A stretch of 64,000 nucleotides of DNA from Podarcis gaigeae. Its lineage: Eukaryota. This document shows, one piece after another, positions 22,121 to 34,097 of this stretch. The stretch lies in the NCBI GenBank assembly GCA_964106915.2, contig OZ066917.1, one strand, 5' to 3'. Made by a program: the position numbers and the translations under genes. Numbering within the stretch: position 1 is the stretch's first letter; each line of letters opens with the position of its first letter. A model generated the notes under the pieces. That model was not told the DNA's origin. It did no database searches and was given only the letters and a program-made list of their open reading frames with translations.

Positions 22121-23829
22121 TATATATTGGGTTAGGATTTTTCCTGCTCTTTTGATTGTAAATTGTTTTACCTGGTTTTCTTGTTGCATTTTTATATTGT
22201 TATCTGGCAGTTATGGTGAATGTAGGTCATCAACAATAACAGCAGCAGCAGCAGCAGCAGCAATAAAGCTCAAGGTGATGAGTGGAAAGGAAAGAAAGCT
22301 TTGGTCAGTGTGGCTGGTGTCCACTGCCACGGTCTGTCAGTCAAAGGCTGGAACTGATCACATCCCAGATCCCAAATGGAATTGGGCTGATTTAGGTCAG
22401 TCTGGGATTTGGTTGGCTTCAGTGGACACAGCAGAGTTTTAATGCATGGGAGAGAAGTAGCCAAGTTTTATTTTATTTGACATATTTATCTGCTGCTTAA
22501 TTACCTAAGAATCTAGTAGTGTACACCAAAATTATTAAAATTTATACATTGGATGAAAGCAATCAAAAGTAATCATAAAAGCAGAAAGCTCCCTGAAAAA
22601 TGCCTGCTGAAAAAGAAAGGTATTTGTCAGGCTCCTGAAGTTGAATGGTGAGGGCCCCTGCTTAATTTTAACTGGGAGGAAGTTCCACAGAATCATGGAA
22701 ACCTATCTAAGAGTTTGCTTGCCCATGAGGGTCTGTCTCCTGGGCTTCTCCTAATTTGGGGTACTTCCTCATCTGAAATAAACTTTGAAGAAATAAAAAA
22801 AAAGGTGTTTTCTCTCCTTAAATGTCACAGTGTGGTGACTGATGATTGTGATGGGCCTTGAGATGTCACTGTAAACCACCCTGGAAATTATTCACATTGA
22901 ACAATGAGCTACAAATCTATTGAATAAAGAAACTAACACCTACTGATTCCTCTCCTGGGATCCCTTCATAAGAATTCCTTGTTGGTTTTCTTTAATACTG
23001 TGATTTGTTAATTATGGACATATCCCTGTTAAGGTGGCGCTAGTCATTCTCAGAAGGGTAGTTTCAGAAAGGAATACTGGGGAAACTCCTGTTGCCTATG
23101 ATCCATATTGTCCCTCATGATATTTAACACATACGTGAAATTTCTGGGTGAGGTCATTGGAGGTTTGAAGTTCATTGGGTTGGCTCCAACACAGCCATCC
23201 CACTTGTGCAATGAAGGTTCATTCTGCTCTCTATCCCTACAGTTCCTTGTACACCCTCATAATCTGCCCCAGAGAGAGCAGATTGGGGGGAGGCAGGAAA
23301 GGAGAGGAAGGGTAAGCCCTGTTCCATGAGTAGAGCACCAAACACACTATGTTGGATACAACCCAGGACCATCTCCTTCTCTTTCCATCTAAATCCAAGG
23401 GAGCTGTTCAAGTTCTGAATCAAACTCCAGCTATGCATGACATTAAATATGGCTTTGCATTGAAAATGTAGGGGTTTCTTTAAAAAAAAATGCAAATAGC
23501 ATAATTATCGCCATACAGCAGGTAGAGAAGAGTGATTTAACTCCTTAGCCACCTGTTGCAGTTCTGAGGAAAAACCCTCCACTGAAGCAAACATTTGTAT
23601 TGGTAGGAAATCCCCCATTGGAGCTAATGGGGCTTTTCCTACCAAAGCATTAGTGACACCAGAAGAGGGGTTTTCCTCAGGAGGAAAGAGTTAAATCCTT
23701 CCCCACATGAAAGCTCTGATACCATTAATTATCAACACCACTGATATAATTTGCATTTTGAAAAAGCCAGCACAGTAAATACAAACATGTATTTAGTGTC
23801 ATGTGAAGTCCTCAGTGTCTGATGTTATG

Positions 23830-24760
23830 GATGTGAGTGAACAAACTGAAGCTTTATCTAGGAGAGTTGGAGGTGCTTCTGGCCAGTAATAAGGCAGATC
23901 AGAGAAGAGGGGCTCAGCCTATCTTGAATAGGGTTGCACTTCCTCTGAAGACTCAGGTTTGTAGTTTGGGCGCACTCCTGGATTCAGCCCTGAAACTGGC
24001 TACCCAGCTATCAGAAGTTGCCTGGAGTCAGTGGCAAAGCTGTATGCTCCGGCACCGGGGGCGGAGAGCAGGCAAGGGAATGGCTGGTGCATATCCCGGG
24101 ATGTGATGCGCATCCTGGGGGTGTGGCACACCACCCTGTGGGGAGGGGCGCATGGCACGGTGGCATAGCACGTCACCCGTGAGGAGCGTGACGTGCGTCC
24201 TGGGGGCAATGTAAGTCACCTGTGGGGGCGTGGTACCCGGTGCAGTGGGGGGTGCATGGTGCATGTCTGGAGGGCGGCCGCGATGGTAACCCCCTCCCCG
24301 ATGGTGCCAGGGATGGTGCACTCCCCCCACCCCACCCCTGTACCTCCTCCAGTGCCTGGAGTGATTATATACAGGTATCTGCCACTGCTTCTGTTCCTCA
24401 AAATGTCAGATCTGGATTCAGTGAGACCTGCCTTAGTTACATCTCTGGGCTTGCCATTCAAGAGTGTTCAGGAACTCCAGCTGTATCAGAATATTACACT
24501 CAGACTATTGACCAAGGCCAGTGATAGGAAGCATATACCTCTCATGTCATGTTGTAGCAGCTTCAGTGACCACCAACCTGTTTACAGGCACAATTCAAAG
24601 TGCTGATTATGATCTATCAAAATTAAGATATCTAACTATTCCCTGATATGAGTTTCCCTGCATCTTAATATCTTAAAGATATTATACATTTCAACTTCTC
24701 AAGCATGTTTGGTGGGAATTTGAGTGGACCTTCTCAGCGTCAGCTCCCAGGGTTTGCAAC
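23830..24760 (+). mobile_element. old L2 fragment interrupted by a hAT element
   Basis: Degraded RT C-terminal peptides (NKLKL...LEVLL, SLGALLDSAL, GLPFKSVQELQL); boundaries approximate. Confidence 0.6.
24029..24354. mobile_element. hAT non-autonomous element
   Basis: Exact 8-bp TSD CCTGGAGT (24021-24028 and 24355-24362); imperfect TIRs CAGTGGCAAAG / CTCCTCCAGTG. Confidence 0.75.
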
Positions 24761-25840
24761 CTCTTGCCATTAGATGCAACGGAGGAGAATTCAGATTTCA
24801 GAAAACAAAACTATCCTTGTAGGGCCAATATGGTTTGCTTTGTCCCTTCACTAAACACACAGATTCTCACTCCAGGGTTTTGAAACAAGCATATTGTACT
24901 GATGACACATTTCATCCACCATAAGAGGAAAATGAAGCAACCGACATAAAAAAAATTGGTTAATTAAAAAAATAGAACTTTGTTGCTTAACATTTAAGGC
25001 ATTTTAGCACAATCATTTTATTATACAACAACTGAGCTTTTGTTTCTATTTGTGTCCCTCTAGATGTCCCTTTCATTGCACATTCATGATGATTTATGCC
25101 TCTGATGCTATTGAATCACACATGATCCTGCTTACCATACTATTTATGCCTGCACATGTTTTAGGGTGGTCATACTACTTCATTGCCAACCAGAGTTTAT
25201 CCTGTAACTTTTCATACCACACAAATGTCTGGGGTTTTTTGTCCAGATTTTGTCGCATTATAGACCCCTCCAGGCAGCAGTAATGTGGATGCAAGAATAA
25301 CAGAACAACTAATCAGAATATATCCACCACTAAAACACTCTTATAGTGTCATAACACTCCCACAATAAAACATGAATCTGGACATCTTAATACACACAGT
25401 CCAGCAGTCTGATGAGAAACTTGGAAAGACTTTCATAACTGAGAAACCAAAATGGCTTTCAGAATGATTCCTTACTAACTTTGGGTTCATGATACTAAGG
25501 AGCAGCTCAAGCTTGAATGAAGCCTTATGTGTCTATGTTCTGGAACTCTCCTTTCATCAAGCTTCAAACAACCAGATTTGGTTGTGGTCAGATAGCAGTC
25601 TAACAAACTCATATGTTCTTCTAAACGGGCATCTATAACATTGCCAGGGGCCACCATCTTATCCACTTGACTGATGCAGTCATATTCTCCTGAAGTTCTT
25701 GATTTCAGTAAGAGGACTGAAGACATGCTGGAAATGATCCATAGTTCTTTGAACAAGATGCCATTGTTTCCATATATGACCCTTCCTCTGATGACATTTT
25801 GGAGCTCCACCAGTCTGCTTACTATTCACGCTTCCTCGTA

Positions 25841-25860
25841 CTATTCGCCAGTCTGTATTT
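25841..25860 (-). CDS. C3orf52: C3orf52 terminal exon
   Basis: TTCTTGTTTCTAAAG acceptor, phase 1, QIQTGE*; AATAAA on the - strand at 25017-25022. Confidence 0.6.
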
Positions 25861-27303
25861 CTTTAGAAACAAGAATATTATTACTTTTAAAAAGAAGAAA
25901 GAAAGCCATTGCTAAAACTAATAACTGATTGGCACATCTCCCCTAATTTATCTTCTCTAATTTTCACTCATCCACAAATATACAAACATATAACCAACTG
26001 TTATATATGTGCCATACATACAAACACAAACACACACACACACCACATAACCCAACACATACACACACAGCCTATTTCTGGATCATAAAGTTATTATCTA
26101 TGCAATATTTGATCAGACATAAAGGCCACATCCACACTGTACATTTAAAGCACTATTATACCACTTAAACAGCCATGCCTTCCCTCAAAAGAATCTTAGG
26201 GCCTGCACTTGTTTGAGCAGGTTAAGCAAGTGGTTATTAACTCCACTATGTAGAACCAATGACAATACAGTCATACCTTGGAAGTCAAATGGAATCCGTT
26301 CCGGAAGTCCGTTCGACTTCCAAAATGTTCGGAAACCAAAGTGCAGCTTCTGATTGGCTGCAGGAAACTCCTGCAGCCAATCATAAGCCGTGGAAGCCCC
26401 ATTGGGCATTCGGCTTCCAAAAATAGTTTGCAAACCGGAACAGTCACTTCCGGGTTTGCGGTGTTCAGGAGCCAAAACGTTTGAGAACTAAGCTATTCAA
26501 AAACCAAGGTGTGACTGTACTGTTGTTTTATATTCTGGGAGTTATACAACAGTAAGGGAATCAGAATATTCACAGAATCTGCATATAAGGTTGCATAGAG
26601 CAAAGTTGTTCCATTGGCACAAGAATGCATGCCTGCACAACAGGTCTTCCTTTCCCTGCATCCCCACCTTCAAATTTTCTCCAGAAGCTTGGAAGACACC
26701 CCAGAACAGATTAGGGTTGGCGGAGGCACATGAGGAAAGGGAGTCCCATTGTGCAGGTGTAAGTTATTGTGCTAATCAGATAACTTCCCTGGGTATATGC
26801 TACGGGAGTGAAATATTACAGAGAGGTTCATTCACTAAATACCCTTTCTAGAAAATTCACACTTTTAAAAATAAAGAGTACAGTTCTTCATTGCATGAGG
26901 TACTTACGCGTTATTGAAAGGGAAGTTGGATCAAGCGTCATGTTTGTGCAATCAGGTATATTCAGCCCATTCATTTCTTCCTTGTCATAAATATTTTGCC
27001 TTAAAATATTCATCACAAACCCTTCACTCATTCTAGACTTCATAAACTCTTCAGTCTCAGGCGGCACTGTGAACCTTAAAAGGTAGGATGCTGAGTTGTT
27101 TTCTTTACTGTAAGAAGGAAACATTGTGGGGATGAGAAGTCATTGGGTTATACACCTATTCTTCCCCCTACTTTTGATACACTTCATGAGGTAATGTGAT
27201 AAATGCACATTTGGGAGCAAAAAACAAAGAAAGTCTGGAGTGTTCTCCTCTGCATCAAAGGAATGTAAGCTGGCAGTATAAGAATAAGAATAATAAATAA
27301 TAA

Positions 27304-27347
<44 letters not shown>

Positions 27348-30300
27348 AGAATTTAAACCCTGCCCATCTGGCTGGGTGTCCCCAGCCACTCTGGGCAACT
27401 CCCAACAGAATATTAAAAACGTGATAAAACATCAAACATTAAAAGCTTCACTGAACAGGGTTCCTTCAGGTGTCTTTTAAAAGTCAGATAGTTGTTTATT
27501 TCCTTGACATCTGATGGGAATGTTTTCCACAGGGCGGGTGCCACCACCGAAAAGGCCCTCTGCCTGGTTCCCTGTAACCTCACTGCTCACAGTGAAGGAA
27601 CCACCAGAAGGTCCTCAGCGCTGGACCTCAGTGGGCTGAATGATGGGGGTAGAGACACTCCTTCAGGTATACTGGGCCAAGGCTGTTTCATGTTGGAGTG
27701 GCTTTTTTAAAAAAAATCTCACTGGGAGTGTGTACCAACAACTTCTTAAAGCCCCAAAGCTATATTGTAGGGCTCCTGCACCCTTAATCATTGTGGAGAG
27801 GAATGAATGTAGCTTGCTGGGCAGACTGATATTGCATCTGCCATCCTTAATACAGTGGTACCTTGGGCTAAGTACTGTACTTAATTCGTTCTGGAGGTCC
27901 GTTCTTAACCTGAACTGTTTTTAACCTGAAGCACTACTTTAGCTAATGGGGCCTCCTGCTGCTGCTGCACTGACGGAGCATGATTTCTGTTCTCATCCTG
28001 AAGCAAAGTTCTTAACCTGAGGTACTATTTCTGGGTTAGCGGAGTCTGTAACCTGATGTGTACATAACGCGAAGCGTATGTAACCCGAGGTACCACTGTA
28101 CTTTAATAGCAACAGGTTAGGGCTGTCATACATCCAGATTTTCTCAGACACGTACAGGAATCACTGAGAAAAATGGCGTCCTGGCAGATTTTTGCTGAAC
28201 TGGCAAGTTGGGCTAACAAAAAAAATGAGGGGGTGTTCTCCAAAAAAGCTCAACAACTTCAACAAAAAAGTAAAAAAAAAAGCCTGCGTCCGGATTTTCA
28301 CTTTGGGGGAAATGGTAACCCTACAACAGGTGGTGAGTGCTGAACGAAGTAGAGCCAAAACAGGGCCACCAAGAAACAATTTAAAAAAAAAGTGGACTGA
28401 ACATTTTAAGAAATTGAATATGGACTGTGTTAAAATTTTCTCAACACGCTTTCCCCCCATTCAGTTTCAGGTGTTCTAAATCACATAATTGAATCCTTGA
28501 AGCTGACTCCCCTTTCCTACCTGAAGGAAACAACTTCAGCCATGATGAAATACCGTCCAAGTGCAGGTGAATGACTGTATACATCTGTAAGCTTGAGAGA
28601 GAAGACATTAATTACTGACACACTTATCTATTTATTTATTTATTTATTTATTGCATTCATGTCTTTCTAAGGAGCTCCATGTGGTGTACATGGTTCTTAT
28701 CCTCTTAGTTTATTCCCCACATCAACCTTGTAAAGTAAGTAAGGTTGGGAGACAGTGACTGGCCCAAGGTCAAGCATTGGGTTTCATGTTTTTTCATTTT
28801 GTATTTTTATGATGTGAACTGTCCTGTGATCTTTGGATGAAGGGTGGTATGCAAATTTAACAAACAAACAAACAAACAAAGGCTATGAACCCAGGTCTCT
28901 TCCAGGTCCTAGACCAACACACTAACCACTGCACCACACTGGTTCCTGATATTGCACATTGCATTGATATTGTTTAGCTATTCTTCATGACACTCCGTGA
29001 CATTATGGGCTATAACATTTCAGAAATGTCAGCTACAGAGTTACAAATTACTTTAGATTACAAATTACTTAAGTCTCCTTCTGACATTTTGCTTGCCTAA
29101 ATTACACCCTACCTTCCTTCCTTGAAGGCAAAAGTACACCTTCCTATCACTTTTATTTCCCAACTAGTTCCCAAGTAGCGATCCTTCCTGCTTTTCTAAG
29201 GGGGGAAATGTTGTCTTAACATTCTGACTAGGTTACCCAAGGGATTACTGATATGCACAATGCAAATACCACCATCAGTTAGACCAGGCTTTGTGTAGCT
29301 TAGAAGGCCCTAGTGCAATTGTCACTGCATCATATTATTCTCAGGCACATTCCTGGAAGGGATGCAGCTGACCTGTTTGGGCAATGAGAGGAGTCATTTT
29401 CTTCCACCAACAATGATCCTGGGAACGACAACACCAGAGGCACTGACTTGCACCCAAGATTAAGGGGTCCTAGTGCACGGCGCTCATGTGCATGTTGGGA
29501 GGAGGCTGAGTGTGGGTCCCAGCATGACACAGCTTCAATGGCTGGTGGCTCCTCCTCTCTTGCACTCAGGAGCCAGCCACTGAAGCTGTGCCATGCTCAG
29601 ATCAGCACTGGGCCTCCTCCATCCCCTCAACACTGAGGGGCTCCTAGCAGATATTGGGGGGGGCACAATACCTTGGCCCCATAGAGCTGGTGCCCCTGGT
29701 CAACACATCATGACATAAGAATAATGTCATTGGAATATTCTATTCAAAATAGAGAGGGATACTTTGTTTGGCTGATTGTTGCCACCCCAAGCAGCAGTAA
29801 GGATGGATGGCTCACCACAGAGCCATTCTGAACAGATTTCATTTCCCCCAGAACTGGCTCCATGTTTGTTTGTTGACGGGTGGACAAATCCACCCACTTT
29901 CACCAAGAGGGAGGGAAGTGCTTAGGGATTGGTCCTAGGGCTGCCTCCTTATTTCTTCAACCTTTTAAATATTTTGGTATGTTTAGAGCAGCTTTGTGGC
30001 TTCACAGTGTGTGTGTGTGTAAACAAACTTCCAAGAAATGACTGCACATGATAATTTCCTACCTGGAGATTGTATGGGGTGGAGGAGATGACTGTTCCAT
30101 CTTTCCCTCCTTATATTGACTGGCAGTAACTCACCAGGCTTTCAGACAGAGGGAAATTCTCTTCCCTATCTGGAGATGCCTGGGATTGAACCTGGGACTC
30201 TCCACATGCATGACAGATGCTCTGTTACTGACCTATGACCCATCTCCTAAGGATGAGGCTCTTGTGCCTTATAAGAATGGGACAGAAAATATGTTCATGT

Positions 30301-33300
30301 GTGAGATCATGTGATCATTTGAGTTAGAAAGGACCTTGAAGGTTATCCAGTCCAATATACTGCTCAATGCAGGATGAAGTGGCAGAATGAATAAATACAG
30401 GAAGAGACATAAAGGGAGTTCTGTTGCACCACCAGAAACTGTTCAGTTTGTGCAATGATGTCACTGGATACCACCATGGGACTTTAGCTGGAAAACTTAC
30501 CCTCTTACTAAGATTTTCAAAAATCAACTTAAATGCTGATTCTGAGAGCTCCAGGTCAGGATTATTACAGTGAATTTTTAATATCCCTGTGAAATTATGA
30601 AGACTGCCATTTGTTATTGATTCAGGGTCCCAGTAGTCATCTTCATCTATGTAAACTGCTAGAATAATAATAAAAAGTATTTGTAGTAACTCTCACAAGC
30701 TAGCCAATATATTTTTCATCATATAGTGATTCTAAACAACAACAACAACAACAACACCTTCCTCTCAATGAGATGAAACCCATGTCTATATTTCAATTTC
30801 ATTAAACCAAGATCAGTGGTTTGGGCTGTGGGCTGTTGCAAAATCATAGGAGATTAGAGTTGGAGGACATCTAGACAAACTTCCTGCTCAGTGCAGGAAC
30901 CTTGCAGATACAGCCCATTCCATCCCATGTACCTGTGGACAGCAGTGGATGGGCAGAGAGTAGAATGATGGCTTTATGCCCAGCCATATACCTGCATTCA
31001 AGCACAGATGAGTCTATGTGCATACAAACTGGACATGGAAAATTCAGTTCACATGATCAAGATTCTTGAAAAAGAGGCATGGAAAAACTGTGAAGCAACT
31101 AAATAAAACCAGTGACCTTGTCTTTGAAAAGTTTTCTAAGTATATGTACAGTCTGTACACATTTAGGCTCTTTCACGCTCTTCCCCTTTTACATTTTTAA
31201 TTGAAATTTCAGTGAATGTTCAATACACATGCAGATGACATGCTTACATTTACTCCCAGGGCCAAATTCAAAGCAGAAGTAATGCTAGCATACCCAGAGA
31301 CTGGTTGTGCCTCTCTTTCAAAGCATACAGACACAGCTATCTCTTGGGACCTAACTCGACACAGTGCATAGGATGAATAGTATCATGTGCTCTGTATAAA
31401 TAAAGCGGCTGTGGTGAAAGTTCAGATTGGGAACACAGTGCTCAGGAGGGGAATTTAACACTTATCCGTTTTATGTGTAATAAACATGTTTCATTCTCAG
31501 TGTTGATCTATAACCCCCCAAAGAAATAAAAGTGTGTTGAAAACTGAATAAGTCTGAAAACCATTTCTAAACCAACTATAACATGTTAAATTTTGAATGT
31601 TCTGTCAGTTTTGCCTCATAGTCAAAGCACAGGCATAGGCAAACTCGGCCCTCCAGATGTTTTGGGACTACGACTCCCATCATCCCTAGCTAACAGGACC
31701 AGTGTAGTCCCAAAACATCTGGAGGGTCGAAACATCTGTAGCCCCATTGCCCAAGATCACATAAGAAGTTCAAGGCAGAGGTGAGCCTTGATTCCAAGTC
31801 TTCAGATAAATGTCTAACTGCAGGGGCAATGCTGGTTTTAAATTCTGTGCCATTTCTAATCCACAGGAGTACCCCCTCCTCACACAGAACTATCATAGAA
31901 ACACTGTCTGTATACACACTCTACATTTAAAGCACCCCCCCTTCAATAATCCTGAGAACTGTAGTTTGCGAAGGATTCTGGAAATTGTAGCTCTGTGGCA
32001 ATAAAGTATAATTCCCAGGATTCTTGGGTATGTGTGTCCTTAAAATGTATGGTGTGTACGCTGCCATAGAAGTCCCAATCTAGATGACTACATTAAGTCC
32101 CATTGCTTTCCAGTGGGAATTCAGATTCAATCCTATACCCACTTACCTGGAAGTAAGGCCCAATGAACTCAGTAGGACTTACTTTGGTGTAGACATCATC
32201 TAAGGACTGCCCTGTAAGTCACAAGTAACTTGAGATGGATTGAGACCATGGTGGGGAGTAGTTCTCCCCACATATCTTTGATGTCATTTCATATCAGAAG
32301 AAGGGCACATACCTGAATAGAAAACTAAACTTAGAATAGTCACAAGAATCAACACCAGAAAAGCGGAAGTTAAAATCATCCACAGCTTGCATTTCCAAAA
32401 AACAGTTTCAAAACATGACTTGAAGTAGGCTGGCGTCTGTCACAATAAAAGAGTAAAAGGGGGGAAATATGTTAATAAGTTATGTGAAAGACTAAAAGCA
32501 ATCTCTAATTAAATTATTCCAACACACATGTATTAGATTTCACCTTGTAGATCAAGGTAACCAATGCCTCTAGATGTTGTTGAACTACGGCTTCCATGAT
32601 CCCTGGCCATTGCTCATGCTGGATGGGACTGACAAGAGTTGGAGTCCAACAACATCTCAGGAGCATCATTCTTCCTACTCCCAAATCTGTAACAATATTG
32701 GAAACCCCAAAAGGAGATGTTGGAGCTCGGAATTCAGCAAGTAGAAGCTGTCATACTAAGTTCCTAGCTTGAAGAGCTAACTGTTACACCTTTAGTAAAC
32801 ATCTGTGTTTGCTAAGCAGGATGTTTGCTATCACATGCATACTTGCTTAAACCAGCACCTTCTTTGTTGAGAATAAAGAGCCATAGGGTTACAACAGTTT
32901 CAGGTGTGAATAGCTGTAGCCTTTGAAATCCACGTTCTTGCGCCATAAATATGATAGTGAGCACATCACATTACAAAAAAATAGAGTTGCAACATGTGTG
33001 TGACTACCTAGGAATAAATCACATGCAGATTTAAACGTTTTATTTTAACAACTGAGAACTGCAATGAAATGTTGCAATGTTGAGTGCCTGAGTGCACTTT
33101 TCACACATTGTACTGTTGACCGTATTGTTTGCTTCCCCCACAATACTCCACTCCATCCCTCTTCTCACCAGATTCCCACCTTCCCAACATGTTAGGTCCC
33201 CCCCCAAGATTTGTTTGTATTTCAGCAAGCCTTGGGGATCACCTCAACCTGCTGATAGCAACATCTTTTTGTGTGTGTTATTGTTTGCTTTATAAGAAGC

Positions 33301-33851
33301 AACACTTTGAGAACTGAGATTGTTGTTAGCATGTTGAATTTTAATATCTGAACTTGTAAAAGTATAGGGTATATCTTTTATTTATGTGCAGATTCTCCCC
33401 CCCACTCTAAGAACTGTTAATGAATGGGGGAGAGTGATAACTCTTTTAAGGCAGCCACCTCAGAGACATTTACCTGTCCCATTGAACTTGATGGCTCTTG
33501 CTTTTGAGCAGACATACATAGGGCTTAATTGTAAACTAATCACAACCCACCTTGGTTTTACTAGTCAAAAACCATGTATACATAAGATACATAAATGTAA
33601 GACTTTTCACACACGAAATTCACACACGAAAATGCTGGTGAATTTTCACAACTTTTTTAAAAGTTGCAAACTGATGTGGAAATGTGGCAAGATTCAGATT
33701 AGAAAAATGAGGAAGTGAGAGAAACTGAAACTGGCTGATTCATGCATCGCTGCACCCCTGAAACTGATATGTTGGTAATCTTAGTGAGAAACAGGTGTTG
33801 TATCTGTTAAATGGGGGTGTTTCACACTGAATTTTCCAATTTCTCTGTGTG

Positions 33852-33894
<43 letters not shown>

Positions 33895-34097
33895 AAAACT
33901 GTTAAAGTCAAAGCTTGTCCCAAGAGAATTCTTTATTATTCTGAAACAATGCAGATTAATTGTAGTAACACACTTTTACCAAACAGAAAGTGAATAATTC
34001 AGTGGCTTACCTCATTATGGGCTTCAGGATTAAGAGGCTCATGCTCCCGTTCTTCATTGCTTAATGCTGGTAAATCAATGGTCTCATGGCCATTCAT
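25841..34097 (-). CDS. C3orf52: C3orf52 / TTMP (TPA-induced transmembrane protein), spliced gene span
   Basis: Six exons (34097-34011, 32436-32313, 30658-30501, 28591-28521, 27107-26908, 25860-25841) join in frame to 219 aa; motifs CKLWMI, VYIDED, LTDVYS.SPALGRYF, FMK..MSE and LDPTSL match TTMP as recalled. Confidence 0.9.
26268..26517. mobile_element. Tc1/mariner MITE
   Basis: CAGTCATACCTTGG ... CCAAGGTGTGACTG with TA flanks. Confidence 0.8.
26908..27107 (-). CDS. C3orf52: C3orf52 exon 5 (SEA-like domain C-part)
   Basis: KENNSASYLLRFTVPPETEEFMKSRMSEGFVMNILRQ...LDPTSLSIT; 200 nt, phase 2 to 1. Confidence 0.9.
27303..27690 (-). mobile_element. L2-derived 3' fragment with (AAAG)n tail
   Basis: CCCTGCCCATCTGGCTGGG..CCCAGCCACTCTGGG terminal motif shared with 35161-35290, 43400-43820 and 60985-61076. 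Confidence 0.7.
27853..28098. mobile_element. Tc1/mariner MITE
   Basis: CAGTGGTACCTTGGG ... CCCGAGGTACCACTG with TA flanks. Confidence 0.85.
28118..28323. mobile_element. hAT-type MITE
   Basis: TAGGGCTGTCAT ... ATGGTAACCCTA; exact 8-bp TSD CAACAGGT. Confidence 0.8.
28521..28591 (-). CDS. C3orf52: C3orf52 exon 4
   Basis: LTDVYSHSPALGRYFIMAEVVSF(S); 71 nt, phase 0 to 2. Confidence 0.9.
30501..30658 (-). CDS. C3orf52: C3orf52 exon 3
   Basis: AVYIDEDDYWDPESITNGSLHNFTGILKIHC...FENLSKR; TAGCAG (NAGNAG) acceptor, GTAAGT donor, phase 1 to 0. Confidence 0.88.
32313..32436 (-). CDS. C3orf52: C3orf52 exon 2 (transmembrane)
   Basis: TPAYFKSCFETVFWKCKLWMILTSAFLVLILVTILSLVFYS; phase 0 to 1. Confidence 0.9.
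33854..33889. repeat. (CA)n microsatellite
   Basis: Visible dinucleotide run. Confidence 0.95.
34011..34097 (-). CDS. C3orf52: C3orf52 exon 1
   Basis: MNGHETIDLPALSNEEREHEPLNPEAHNE|GTAAGC; in-frame TAA just upstream of the ATG. Confidence 0.8.

Noticed and set aside
25487-25810. 107-codon ORF downstream of the C3orf52 stop
   Set aside because: Lies in the presumed 3' UTR, lacks an ATG start and shows no recognisable homology
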